This document shows, piece by piece, positions 24,601 through 32,267 of a stretch of DNA of 38,311 nt. Numbering within the stretch: position 1 is the stretch's first letter; the number at the start of each line of letters is the position of its first letter. The position numbers were made by a program, and so were the translations under genes. The notes beneath the pieces are model-generated. The model was not told the origin of the DNA. It saw nothing but the letters and a program-made list of their open reading frames with translations, and ran no database searches. This DNA is from Saprospiraceae bacterium. GTDB taxonomy: Bacteria; Bacteroidota; Bacteroidia; Chitinophagales; Saprospiraceae. The stretch lies in NCBI GenBank assembly GCA_020629475.1, contig JAHDDF010000002.1, positions 2,536 to 40,846 on the forward strand. The letters run 5' to 3'.

Positions 24601-25874
24601 GCTCCATCAAGGGAACGGGCAATAGGGTCGTTCGTCAAGGTTTCGAAAATGGAGTTCGCGTCGCGGGTCGGAAGCGGGTTACCCATCAAATCCGGATCAG
24701 CCGGGATAAGCGGTGGCTGGAATGCGGGATTCGTATTAACGATTTTTGAAGGATCACCCTCACCGAAATCGGTAACCGCTACGATGTCCCTGATTCCTTC
24801 CGTTTGGTTACGGGTATTGGTTACCCAAACCTCCATTTTGGTAATGCGGAACAAACTTTGGCGCTGCGGCAAATTCGCCAAGGAAGGCTCAAAGGTTTCG
24901 CGGTTATAATGGGAAAGGAAGAAGTGACGGTTTTCATCATATTGGTCAGCGGAAACATCAAAGGTTTGTAATTGACTTCCGCCTTGGATTTGGATTTCGT
25001 TTCTCTTGGAGCGTTGCTGGGAAGCAACACCGGTAATGGTCATTCTACCGAAGCGCAATTCGGTTTTTACACCGAAGAGGGATTGACGTCCTTGAATCAA
25101 GGAACTTTGAAGCGGAAGACTTACGTTACCCGCCTCGATTTTTTGGATGATATCATCTTCGCTACCGGAGTACTCCAGTTTCATTTGGTTCTCGAAATCG
25201 AAGGTAGCTTGCGTGTTGTATGAAGTTCCTAGTTTTAATTTCTCACCAATCTGACCGGTAACGTTCATTTGGATGTTCATATCGAAATCAAAACCACCTT
25301 GGCGTCTTTGCCTTTCCGGGATAATGGGATTCTCTACTTTTTGGTAATCCGCCCCTAGGGTAAGGTCGATATTTCCTTGTGGTCGGATATCGATTTTAGA
25401 ACCACCGAACAATTTATCCAAGGCGTTGTTGGGAACTTCGACCTTTAGTATGGGATCCGGAACGCCGCTTCCCCCGAAGGAACCTTGGGCATTACGCGCC
25501 AATTGGTCAAAATAATCGCGCCTTTGGTTTTCCTCGGTATAGCGCAAGTACTCCTCAAAAGTCATGTAGGTAGGAGCGCGGAAGTATTCATCACCGATTT
25601 TTTCGGTAACGAGGTACAAGCCCGTTTCGGGATCGTACTCCACGGTTTGCTCTACTACACCCGGGTCCTGAAGATCGAAGGGATTGTTTCCCGGGTCGGT
25701 AATAAAATCACCATCCCGCTCCTCAATAGGCGGAAGGGTATCCGTTTCGACGGTTTCCATGATGTCATTAAATGGGTCGGCAAGGTTTCCGGGTGCGCCG
25801 GAGAAGGCGAAAAGCCCGAGAACGGAAGGTACGACCAAAAGACAACCAAGTAATGTCTTGTTCATATTATTCAT
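18603..25874 (-). CDS. sprA: SprA, the type IX secretion system outer-membrane translocon / gliding-motility protein
   Basis: 2423 aa, the size class of Flavobacterium johnsoniae SprA. It has an N-terminal signal peptide (MNNMNKTLLGCLLVVPSVLGLFAF) and beta-rich composition throughout. The C-terminus is a typical OM beta-strand ending (RAGLNIRFSLN). The recognition is by overall sequence character and recall of the family, not by alignment. Confidence 0.93.
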   Translation of the reverse strand: MNNMNKTLLGCLLVVPSVLGLFAFSGAPGNLADPFNDIMETVETDTLPPIEERDGDFITDPGNNPFDLQDPGVVEQTVEYDPETGLYLVTEKIGDEYFRAPTYMTFEEYLRYTEENQRRDYFDQLARNAQGSFGGSGVPDPILKVEVPNNALDKLFGGSKIDIRPQGNIDLTLGADYQKVENPIIPERQRRQGGFDFDMNIQMNVTGQIGEKLKLGTSYNTQATFDFENQMKLEYSGSEDDIIQKIEAGNVSLPLQSSLIQGRQSLFGVKTELRFGRMTITGVASQQRSKRNEIQIQGGSQLQTFDVSADQYDENRHFFLSHYNRETFEPSLANLPQRQSLFRITKMEVWVTNTRNQTEGIRDIVAVTDFGEGDPSKIVNTNPAFQPPLIPADPDLMGNPLPTRDANSIFETLTNDPIARSLDGAVAQLQGLYGMQQARDFEKLKARLLQPNEYTFDPELGFISLNLTLQPEDVLGVAYEYTYNGEVHRVGEFSNDIPAGSDTLNVMYVKMLKSTTPRVDIPLWDLMMKNVYSLGAFQVSREDFLLDIFYEDPGGGEKRFLPSTALASTPLLQVFNLDNLNQNNDPQPDGRFDFVEGLTINSRNGRVMFPVLEPFGSNLQEAIIAANPNPTDPGVIAEAELFSYQQLYDSTVTIAREYPEFNRFTIRGNYRSSVSSEISLGAFNIPRGSVTVRAGGQTLQEGTDYTVDYNIGRVKILNEAIMNSGLPVNVSFEDNTLFGFQTKTLLGVRADYKISEDFNVGGTFMKLFERPFTQKVNIGDDPINNNIYGGDLTFTKEAPWLTRAVDALPLIQTKAPSSVSFTAEAAYLDPGHSNAISQQDEGVVYIDDFEGSTSSFDLRIPANSWTLASIPQNDLGGNNPLFPESAFIDTTLTGVNRAKLLWYQIDQTGVNTSTGNDYYTQRVFINDIFPEFSLDVTTGVSNLIRTLDLAYYPDERGPYNFDLPDGTAYSAGLNDADGSLLQPETRWAGIQRPLNTNDFEAANVEFVEFWMLSPFLEEEIGGATSLTSDGDLYLNLGNISEDVLRDSRLIFENGLPGPDQDIRMDTTSWSRIPRVSAITRAFDNDPGIREAQDVGYDGVNDEGEQNLYSDYVNAINASSLPGSIKTEILDDVSNDNFVYYNDDSFDENDDVFTRYRDFNNPEGNSRTSTNEVNSATNLPDTEDINQDNTLNETESYFQYKIPIKRDASGRGIELNEFIVESTETDNGSVWYRFKVPVLQYTSKVGGIQDFRSIRFIRMYMNNFSTPVTMRFARFELVRNQWRRYRRSLAEAGIGTVGDEGDETIFDVNEVNLEENSGKQPYNYVLPPGVQREQQIGSPFANALQNEQSMAINICNLKDGDARGAYKNLNLDIRLFKRLQMFVHAESDEDIDPGELTMFMRIGSDFEKNYYEYEIPLTMTTGLIDPDNEDEYREAVWPEANRPDINLELLQEAKIERNNANAALNFLYTITDPENPNATIGVIGNPNLGLVKSIMIGIRNTEDDGLPKCAEIWVNELRLSGFDERGGWGALARLDVQMADFGTFNASTNYTSIGFGGLEQKLAQRSREEVIQYDFATSLELGKFLPEKSGVKIPFYAQYSNTIKNPEFDPYDLDINLKDKVRAAPDAETRDSLKQQAQDVTEIKSINLTNVRKERTNKKEPKPWDVSNFSVTYAYSETKRRTPIIQNDQIKDHQGIIDYNYSRKVKYIKPFQNLVKKEGPKKYLKFLTDFNFNPYPNGFGFSTKMQRQIQQTTYRFSDPSQSTWFNKQFYWDRSYDLKWDLSKAIRFNFNAINNTIIDEPPGLIDTEIEKDSVWTNIRNWGRNRDYRHNMTLSYNVPFKQFPFLDFITVKAQYGADFAWEAASLNAIGQDGIGLGNIIRNGQTRQLNGELNFVTLYNKSNFLKKINGKASNRGGRGLNNNPRGGGKTPPKKDEDKKDGKDKDKKDGEPSAIAKATLRPLMMIRKARFTYNEQFTSIVPGFNPTHRILGMDDSWSAPGWDYVFGLRQPDRDWLFENQSWITESVYLNQQVLNTYSQDINAKLTIEPFRDFKIDIEADRRKQTNTSAYFKKTDVTDPFDYLAEQKIGSFQVSYFNLGTFFEQDYFSLFEQFEDNREIISQRLAAQDGNLAVHEVDGQFGDYYEGYGRYQVEVLVPAFLAAYNGKSANSIGLDVFKTIPLPNWRLSYNGLAKIPAFSKIFASVNIQHSYKSGLNINSFNTDLDFDPNAPLTRNDQTENYFSEFEIPNLVISEQMAPLIGIDMRFKNDLTAKVDWKKSRNLSMNFTDYQLSESRSQEFIVGMGYRLKNIYIPFLDFSNVGKKGKKKKKKDDKDDGGGTSKDQAGNDMNFKFDFSWRDDLTVNHLLDQEVSVPTRGMKTIRISPSIDYQINKQLNLRLFYDYTRTIPATSASFPITNTRAGLNIRFSLN

Positions 25875-26031
25875 TCAAGCTGTGATTCCGATTTCCTTTT
25901 TCAAGGTAATCTACAGTTCTTCTTTTTTTACCCGGATCAAAAAGCATCCGGGATATTAAACGACAAAAGAGAGCATTCCGGAAACGGGTTCCGTTAAGCT
26001 CTCGAGTGGCCACCGTAGTAGCCTTTTACTA

Positions 26032-26622
26032 TCATCGTAATTGTTTCAGCGTTTCCTTGATTAAATCCTCCGCCCGACTTAAGTCCGGACGTTCCCTAAG
26101 TAGTTTGTTCAACACCTTTTGGGTTGCGATCTTATTGAATCCTAACGCTAACAGTGCTTGTAACGCTTCATCCCTAGCGGTATTGTTCGCCGGATGAACT
26201 GTTAAAGACGTTTCCGGCGCGGATTTCATCATTTTTTCCTTAAGATCCAAGATGATTCTCTTTGCCGTTTTTGGACCTACGCCCTTGACCTTTTTGAATG
26301 CCTCGACATTCTCCCCGATGATAGCGGAACGTACTTCCTCCGCGGTCATGGATGAAAGGGTTATGATAGCCGTATTGGGACCAATCCCGCTAACCGAGAT
26401 TAGCTTCACGAAAACGTCCCGTTCCAAGTCATCGAAAAAACCATAAAGGGTTTGTGAATCCTCCTTGACGTGAAAGTGCGTGAGCAGCTTCACCGTTTCG
26501 GATTTTTCCACTTGAGAGTAGGTATTCAAACTGATATGTATACCATAGCCGATCCCGCCCGTTTCCACTACTAGGTAGGTGGGCGTTTTCAGTGCGATTC
26601 TTCCTTTGACAAATGCGATCAT
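26032..26622 (-). CDS. ruvA: Holliday-junction branch-migration complex subunit RuvA
   Basis: I start the gene at the ATG at 26622 (MIAFVKGRI...); the track begins two codons earlier at a TTG. Motifs are VETGGIGYGIHISLNTY, helix-hairpin-helix pairs (LISVSGIGPNTAIITLS and VKGVGPKTAKRIILDLK) and a C-terminal domain III (ALQALLALGF). Confidence 0.95.
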   Translation of the reverse strand: MIAFVKGRIALKTPTYLVVETGGIGYGIHISLNTYSQVEKSETVKLLTHFHVKEDSQTLYGFFDDLERDVFVKLISVSGIGPNTAIITLSSMTAEEVRSAIIGENVEAFKKVKGVGPKTAKRIILDLKEKMMKSAPETSLTVHPANNTARDEALQALLALGFNKIATQKVLNKLLRERPDLSRAEDLIKETLKQLR

Positions 26623-26678
26623 AAACAAGGGGCGGATCGATGCAGAAAACTACAAACACCGAGCCATGATTAACGGCA

Positions 26679-26686
26679 CAAAGGTA
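26679..26686 (-). promoter_or_regulatory. Candidate -7 box (TAnnTTTG) for ruvA
   Basis: The reverse strand reads TACCTTTG, an exact match, 56 nt upstream of the ruvA ATG. It lies immediately downstream (on the minus strand) of the 26692-26735 hairpin. Confidence 0.3.
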
Positions 26687-26691
26687 AGAAC

Positions 26692-26735
26692 TTACCCGAC
26701 AATGATATATAGTGTTTAATATATGTGTCGGGTAA
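26692..26735 (-). terminator. Long hairpin downstream of the 935-aa gene (probable terminator; U-tract imperfect)
   Basis: TTACCCGACA...TGTCGGGTAA forms a 10-bp stem. An inner ATATAT/ATATAT pairing extends it. On the minus strand it is followed by GTTCTTACCTTT, which is T-rich but not a clean U-run. It lies 45 nt after the stop at 26780. Confidence 0.5.
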
Positions 26736-26779
26736 TAGAATTTATTGGATTCAGACTAACGTGAACAAACACCGCCCCC

Positions 26780-29587
26780 TTATTTCGTAAAACCGATAGG
26801 TTCAACAATGGTGGTAACTTCAGCGGTGCCCGTACATCCGTTGACATCGGTAACGGTTACGGTGTAAGTTCCCGCATCCGAAACCGAAATTGTTTGGGTA
26901 GCTTCAGTGGTGGACCATTGATAACCGGCATATCCTAAACCGGCATCAAGTATCGAAGGATCTCCCGGACAAATCGTGAGATCTCCCGTAATCACGGGCG
27001 TAGGTAGTGGGTTAACATTATAAATTACGGTTGCTACATCCACGCACCCGGTAGTGGTATTGGTTACTTCCGCGTAGTATGTATCGCCATCTAGGACCGT
27101 AATATTTCCGGGTGTTGTAACGGTAGTAGTTAAAGCGGGATCGGAATACCACATAATGCTTCCGGTTCCTATGCTTGCTTCTAGAGCGGTAAGGCTCTCG
27201 CCCGCAACACTTCCTCCCCCCAATACATCTTCACAAAGGTCAATGGTTTGATCCGTTACGGTGGGCAATGGATTAACGGTAAAGGTAACGGTTGCTAGAG
27301 CGGAACATCCATCAGTAACGACTACATAATAAACCGCCCCGTCTACAACATCTTCGTTTTTATCATCAGTAACGAGTGTTGTTAAACCCATATCCGTGTA
27401 CCACTCAAATGTTGGCGCCGGATTATCCGCATTAATTTGATCGTTATACAAGGTCAAATCTACCGCCGTGGCAACACCGGAACCTGCTATGGTTTCACAA
27501 ACCTCCGGCGTGATATCCGTTACTACAGGAGGAATACAACAATCCAAGGAAGCATTGAAGACTTGCGCGACATCCGCGGTACAACCAATATTTTCCCAAA
27601 CCCCGACTTCCCCGTCGGCATATGTCCGAATGGAAAGACTACAATCCGTATTGCCGGAACAAGCCGGTGCGGCCAGGGCTATTACCTCGAAACAAACCGT
27701 CCAAGTTAGCGGATCTATCGCCGGGTTTGTCGGACAATCCGGGAAGCTAAAATCACCGTAGGATTCATCGGGTGTATTATGATCACTATTATCACAATCA
27801 AAGACTCCATTATTTTCCGCTTCCCATGAATCATAATTAGTAACGAAAAACCAACCTCCATCGGTAATAGGATCACCGGCGGTATATCCTAAACTTGGAT
27901 TATTTAAATTATAATCAACACTATTGGGCGGGTACCAAGACCACGTACCTGCCGGTGAGTCCTCACATGGTTGCGGGGGACCTGAAACAACATTACCCAC
28001 AAAACCTTGAGTAGCCAAAGCTACTGTTACGCTGAGAGGTTGCCCATTGGCATCAAAAGATGCGGGATCCCAACAATCCCCGAAGGTGGGTACAATACCG
28101 GAAAGGTAATTACAATTCGCGTCCGGCTCTTCGCCATAACCATTGATGGTATAGCAAAACTCTACGGTTTCCCCTGGTGAATAAGGGCCTCCCATTGGAG
28201 TAAGGGCATCCGATGAACTATTTTCTACTAGAGTTGCATTGGTATTACAAGCGGAATTATCCTCTTGTATTTCGATACAAAGGTTGAAGGTTCCTACATC
28301 GCCATTATTCGAGGAGACACCGATAATGTAAGTATCGCCGGAACCTACCGTTATCCCGTTTAGGGCATTTAGGTTTCCTCCATTACCCGTATTACAATCT
28401 ATAAGGGTATAATTCGCGCAATCCGTAGTTTGATAAATCGCTACTTGTGGTTCGGTAATATCCGAGCTCGTCATTCCTACGTTCATGATTGCCCCTGAAG
28501 CATCAACGGTAACCTCGTACCAAACCGTCGGGTTTGCTAAATCAAAACAACCTTGGGATGGCGAAAAAACGGGTCCTTGAGTAGCACCATCATTACAGCC
28601 GGTAACGCAAACATCCCCTACACCGGTAGTAACGGAAACCGTTTGAGCATTACTACAATCATCATTTGAACCAAGGACACAAGCTCCGGTACCTGCATCA
28701 TGTACGCAAATATCAAACGTCCAATCCGTGGGATCGGTTACTCCGGTGGCACCATATTCAAATACTCTAATTAAGTAGGTATTCCCAATGGTTAAGCCAG
28801 TAGCATTTATTACTTCAAGACCACCGCCTACGGTCCCGTCCACGCAATCATAAATGGTAAAGGAACTACAATCCGAGGATTCCAACAGTTCCACTACGGC
28901 ATCATAACCGGTGCCACCGGTTACTTCGATAACCGGATTGGTTGTGGTAGCCGTAAATTCAAACCAAACATCATCGTCGGGTCCTAATCCACAAGACTCC
29001 GCAAGGAGAAAATCCGTTCCGAATTCGGAAGAAAAATTGGAAGTAGAACAAGTGGTAGTTTGAGTAAGTGTAATGGCATCGGGGCAATCATCGTTTGGCG
29101 GCGGCGTCACCAAAGGGTTGGTTACACAAACGGTATAACTTGCCTCAACGTCATTATTGGACAAGACGGCGAATATATAGTTGGTTCCGGAAGTCAGTAA
29201 AGCCGTTTCATTCATGCTAATACTCCCGTAATTCCCGTTTTGATCCGCAACAGCTAAACAAACGGGCGTGGTAGCACAAGTAGATGCCTCAAATATTACA
29301 ATCTCAGGGCGTGAACTTGCAGGGCCTGTAACATCAATTGTTACATTGGGTCCTTGTGCCGTAAATTCAAAAAAGTAGTCAATCGCACCTTCTACACCAC
29401 AAGGCGAGAAATCCCATTCCGAGGTGGCTCCTGTATTATCAAATGCCGTACAGCCACCTGAAAGGTTAGTGATTATTGTAGCATCAGCACAATTGTCATT
29501 TCCGGGTTGGGCGAATGCCACCCCGTGAAAAAGCCCGACAAACACTAATAATGCAATGCTAAATCTTAAAAATGATGCTGCGCTCAT
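26780..29587 (-). CDS. Large secreted Cys-rich multi-domain protein: three N-D-x-C-x-x-A-type jelly-roll-like repeats, a unique Cys-rich middle domain and three Ig-like repeats; no T9SS C-terminal domain
   Basis: 935 aa with the signal peptide MSAASFLRFSIALLVFVGLFHGVAFAQ. Three ~140-aa repeats begin NDNCADATII, NDDCPDAITL and NDDCSNAQTV. Three C-terminal ~75-aa units have the pattern W(Y/S)..........(Y)Y.(V)V(T/..)...GC....(V)...V.P.P, as in adhesin Ig-like repeats of gliding Bacteroidota. The protein is acidic and Thr/Gly/Cys-rich. Confidence 0.85.
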   Translation of the reverse strand: MSAASFLRFSIALLVFVGLFHGVAFAQPGNDNCADATIITNLSGGCTAFDNTGATSEWDFSPCGVEGAIDYFFEFTAQGPNVTIDVTGPASSRPEIVIFEASTCATTPVCLAVADQNGNYGSISMNETALLTSGTNYIFAVLSNNDVEASYTVCVTNPLVTPPPNDDCPDAITLTQTTTCSTSNFSSEFGTDFLLAESCGLGPDDDVWFEFTATTTNPVIEVTGGTGYDAVVELLESSDCSSFTIYDCVDGTVGGGLEVINATGLTIGNTYLIRVFEYGATGVTDPTDWTFDICVHDAGTGACVLGSNDDCSNAQTVSVTTGVGDVCVTGCNDGATQGPVFSPSQGCFDLANPTVWYEVTVDASGAIMNVGMTSSDITEPQVAIYQTTDCANYTLIDCNTGNGGNLNALNGITVGSGDTYIIGVSSNNGDVGTFNLCIEIQEDNSACNTNATLVENSSSDALTPMGGPYSPGETVEFCYTINGYGEEPDANCNYLSGIVPTFGDCWDPASFDANGQPLSVTVALATQGFVGNVVSGPPQPCEDSPAGTWSWYPPNSVDYNLNNPSLGYTAGDPITDGGWFFVTNYDSWEAENNGVFDCDNSDHNTPDESYGDFSFPDCPTNPAIDPLTWTVCFEVIALAAPACSGNTDCSLSIRTYADGEVGVWENIGCTADVAQVFNASLDCCIPPVVTDITPEVCETIAGSGVATAVDLTLYNDQINADNPAPTFEWYTDMGLTTLVTDDKNEDVVDGAVYYVVVTDGCSALATVTFTVNPLPTVTDQTIDLCEDVLGGGSVAGESLTALEASIGTGSIMWYSDPALTTTVTTPGNITVLDGDTYYAEVTNTTTGCVDVATVIYNVNPLPTPVITGDLTICPGDPSILDAGLGYAGYQWSTTEATQTISVSDAGTYTVTVTDVNGCTGTAEVTTIVEPIGFTK

Positions 29588-29812
29588 AGTTTGGATAAAT
29601 CATGTCAAATCTTGCACTTAAGTAGTTTTAACTCAAAAACACAAAACTCAAACCTGTTAAAATACCTCGTCACAAAACAAGATAATATATAAACCTAGAT
29701 AACAATAACGTATTAACGCCCCTTGTCGATTCCTTCAAGACCTTTTTTCCGTAAATCTTATTCCTCTATTTGGACACCATCATAATAAAACCGACTTTTC
29801 CTGCCCTAGATT

Positions 29813-30928
29813 CTAGCTTGTTTCCCTGGTTCCTTGCCTTGCTAAAAAATAACCGATTACGGCATAAATCGCAAAACCGAACAAAGTGATCCCCGCCGTT
29901 CCTAGGGTCATATCCTTTCCGGTAATTAACTGACCGGCATTCACCACGTCCGCTACAGGAAGTGCGGCTGCCCAAAAGCCTGATGGCCCTCCGCCTACAC
30001 CGGCGATAATGACCAAGGCAGCGATAAATAGGGTCCAAACAAAATAACAAATCCCGAAGGCGCCCCAAGGCTTTTCCGTCCTCGTTGCCGCCAAGGCTAA
30101 AACACCCGCCCAAAAAGTATGGGACAACAAAAGAATCCAAACCATATGAAACACCTGCCCACTGAATAAATAATTATCAAACAATGCCTTAAGCATAACA
30201 GGATGCTCAGGGTAAAATGACAAGGACGCCTTAAACCCAAGTACCGCTATCATGGCGGAAATTAAACCCATAACCGAAGCGCCTATCCAACGATCCCAAG
30301 CCGGATACGCCCAAAATCCTACCCTGTCCCTTACTGCGGAATAAATGATTACGCTAGGGAAAATAAGCCCGGAAAAACCAAAAACAATCAAGAAAACGGA
30401 GAGGTAATTCCTGATGGCACGGTCAATGGTTTTAAAATAATCCGAGGTATCATCAATCTCGATCCGAACGGGGTTTAAAATTTGGGCAGACAAGGAAAGG
30501 CTATCCAAACGCTTGTCTATGATCCCTTGTTCAAAATCATAAATGATGTCATTTAAACGCTTGGGACCGGACGCTCCCTTTGCTACTATGGTCAAAACGC
30601 CTGTCTCTCCCCTGTTGGTCGTGCCGGAAAAACCCGTCGGAATGATTAATGCATAATCAAGTTTCCCTTTTCTTACCGCCTCCTTCATTTCAGATTCGGA
30701 AAGATTTTTTTCTACAATAAAATCGCTTCTTTTTTCCAAGGTTTCGACGAAGGACGTATTGCCATCATTATCAATCAGACCTAGATTAATATCACCTAAG
30801 GGTCTTTCCAAATAATCGGAAATACCTTTTCCTATTCCACTTAAAAAGAGGAATGCTACCAAAAAGGGCGTTAGGATATTGAATAACCAAATGCGTTTGA
30901 ACTTGAAAAGGCCTCGGAGAGTTCTCAT
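29813..30928 (-). CDS. ABC-2-type transporter permease (NatB/YhaP-like topology); no ATPase gene adjacent
   Basis: 371 aa. An N-terminal TM helix (IWLFNILTPFLVAFLFLSGIG) is followed by a ~150-aa extracytoplasmic loop and then 5 C-terminal TM helices, the ABC-2 membrane-protein layout. It starts 31 nt after the stop of the upstream SUKH-pentapeptide gene on the same strand. Confidence 0.75.
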   Translation of the reverse strand: MRTLRGLFKFKRIWLFNILTPFLVAFLFLSGIGKGISDYLERPLGDINLGLIDNDGNTSFVETLEKRSDFIVEKNLSESEMKEAVRKGKLDYALIIPTGFSGTTNRGETGVLTIVAKGASGPKRLNDIIYDFEQGIIDKRLDSLSLSAQILNPVRIEIDDTSDYFKTIDRAIRNYLSVFLIVFGFSGLIFPSVIIYSAVRDRVGFWAYPAWDRWIGASVMGLISAMIAVLGFKASLSFYPEHPVMLKALFDNYLFSGQVFHMVWILLLSHTFWAGVLALAATRTEKPWGAFGICYFVWTLFIAALVIIAGVGGGPSGFWAAALPVADVVNAGQLITGKDMTLGTAGITLFGFAIYAVIGYFLARQGTRETS

Positions 30929-30959
30929 GGATTGGTTCTGAATTTTGGGTGAAGATACG

Positions 30960-32267
30960 CTACCCGTGCTTCACGTCCTTCAAAATAGCGCCCGGAAATT
31001 TACTTCCTTCAAGGAGCGCGCCCGTAAAATCAGCACCGGTTAAATCACAATTCTCGAAATCGGCATCCCGCAAATCCGCATTCACGAAGTTGGCACCTTG
31101 TAGGTTCGCGCGGGAAAAATCACAGGCATTCAAACGGGCTTCCGCAAATAGGGTCCCCGCCAGCATTGAATCCGTAAACAAACTACGGCTCAAATCCGCA
31201 CCGGAAAAATCAACACCTTTGGCAAAACAGCCGCAAAAATTACTAAAAGGTAGTGCGGTGTCGGACAAATCCAAGGAAGCAGGAATATGTTTCCTATCAA
31301 ATACGGCTTGCTCCCCTTCCTCGAATTTCACCCCGGAGTATATCCCGATAACCAAACCTGAAACCTGCACGGTTTGCCATTTTCCGCCGGCTCCACCGGA
31401 AGCCAAAAACTTATGGTGCTCTTCCGTTATTTTTTGGAATTGCGATTTGGTTATCGGTTTTGAGGTTTCCGCCATTTGCTGCATCATAGCGGTTTGAAGA
31501 CCTGCCGTGCTGCTTCCGGGTTTATCCGACAAAGGAAAAATTTCCTTCAATCTAAAAACCGATAAATCCAAAACACGCTCCTTGGAAAAATAGCTTTGGG
31601 GTGTTTCAATCGGCGGTTTATCATGACCGCCAAATTCATGGTAAAAACCATTCCTTCTACTGACCACCCCCTTGTTCGCTAATACGAATTCCATATAGGA
31701 AGCAAAGTCCGTTCGTTTGGAATCCGTGTAGCAAGCTTGGTGATCGTCACCTAGGATTACGGGTGGATTACCCGTTCCGTTCAAGAAGAAAGCCATATCG
31801 TAATACTTACTAAAGCAATCGAACGGCTTAATTTTTTTCGCGAAAGAGAGCAAACCGTAAGTTTCACCGGAAAAGGCTTGTTCCTCCTCATCCGTCATAA
31901 AATCAAAATAAACCTGCTCTTCCCAATCCTTGGAAAAAGCCAAAGGCAGGGGAAGAATCATGACGGCGCCATCATAGGCATGATAATCGTAGTACATATA
32001 ATCCCAATCCAAGGCATCCTCTTTGGGGGCGTGCCTTTGGGCATCAAATTGTTCGTTATCCTCAAAAATCCACGTAAGCTGAAGCCCGTTGGTTTGACGG
32101 TAAAAGGATTCAATGGAATTATCCATCCTTGCCCCCAAGGCTTGCTCGGCTTGCCCTATATCGGAATCAGTGGCGGGAGAAAAGGTATTGAAACCGGAGA
32201 CCACCACTCCGGGAGTCTCCCTGAGTTCGTCCACCATTGCCTTGAAACGCTCCAAGTAAGTGTCCAT
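30960..32267 (-). CDS. SMI1/KNR4 (SUKH-1)-like domain fused to a C-terminal pentapeptide-repeat domain
   Basis: 435 aa. The N-terminus reads DSDIGQAEQALGARMDNSIESFYRQTNGLQL, the SMI1/KNR4 pattern 'I..aE..LG..lP..y..fl...NG'. The last ~100 aa are consecutive A(D/N)LxX pentads: GADLSRSLFTDSMLAGTLFAEARLNACDFSRANLQGANFVNADLRDADFENCDLTGADFTGALLEGSKF. Confidence 0.8.
   Translation of the reverse strand: MDTYLERFKAMVDELRETPGVVVSGFNTFSPATDSDIGQAEQALGARMDNSIESFYRQTNGLQLTWIFEDNEQFDAQRHAPKEDALDWDYMYYDYHAYDGAVMILPLPLAFSKDWEEQVYFDFMTDEEEQAFSGETYGLLSFAKKIKPFDCFSKYYDMAFFLNGTGNPPVILGDDHQACYTDSKRTDFASYMEFVLANKGVVSRRNGFYHEFGGHDKPPIETPQSYFSKERVLDLSVFRLKEIFPLSDKPGSSTAGLQTAMMQQMAETSKPITKSQFQKITEEHHKFLASGGAGGKWQTVQVSGLVIGIYSGVKFEEGEQAVFDRKHIPASLDLSDTALPFSNFCGCFAKGVDFSGADLSRSLFTDSMLAGTLFAEARLNACDFSRANLQGANFVNADLRDADFENCDLTGADFTGALLEGSKFPGAILKDVKHG

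Noticed and set aside
25931-25952. 7-bp inverted repeat CCCGGAT-N8-ATCCGGG between ruvA and sprA
   Set aside because: I did not call it a terminator. On the transcribed (minus) strand it is followed by an A-run rather than a U-run. It may be a weak pause or processing site, or nothing.
29766-30140. 124-aa minus-strand ORF overlapping the 3' end of the ABC-2 permease in another frame
   Set aside because: It is an alternative frame of a gene whose main frame encodes coherent TM helices. The product is Arg/Cys/Gly-rich with no features.
30949-31497. 182-aa plus-strand ORF with repetitive SAPVKSAPVKS-like sequence
   Set aside because: It is the antisense shadow of the pentapeptide-repeat region of the 30960..32267 minus-strand gene. 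The periodic 15-nt coding repeat keeps the opposite strand open. It has no independent motif support.
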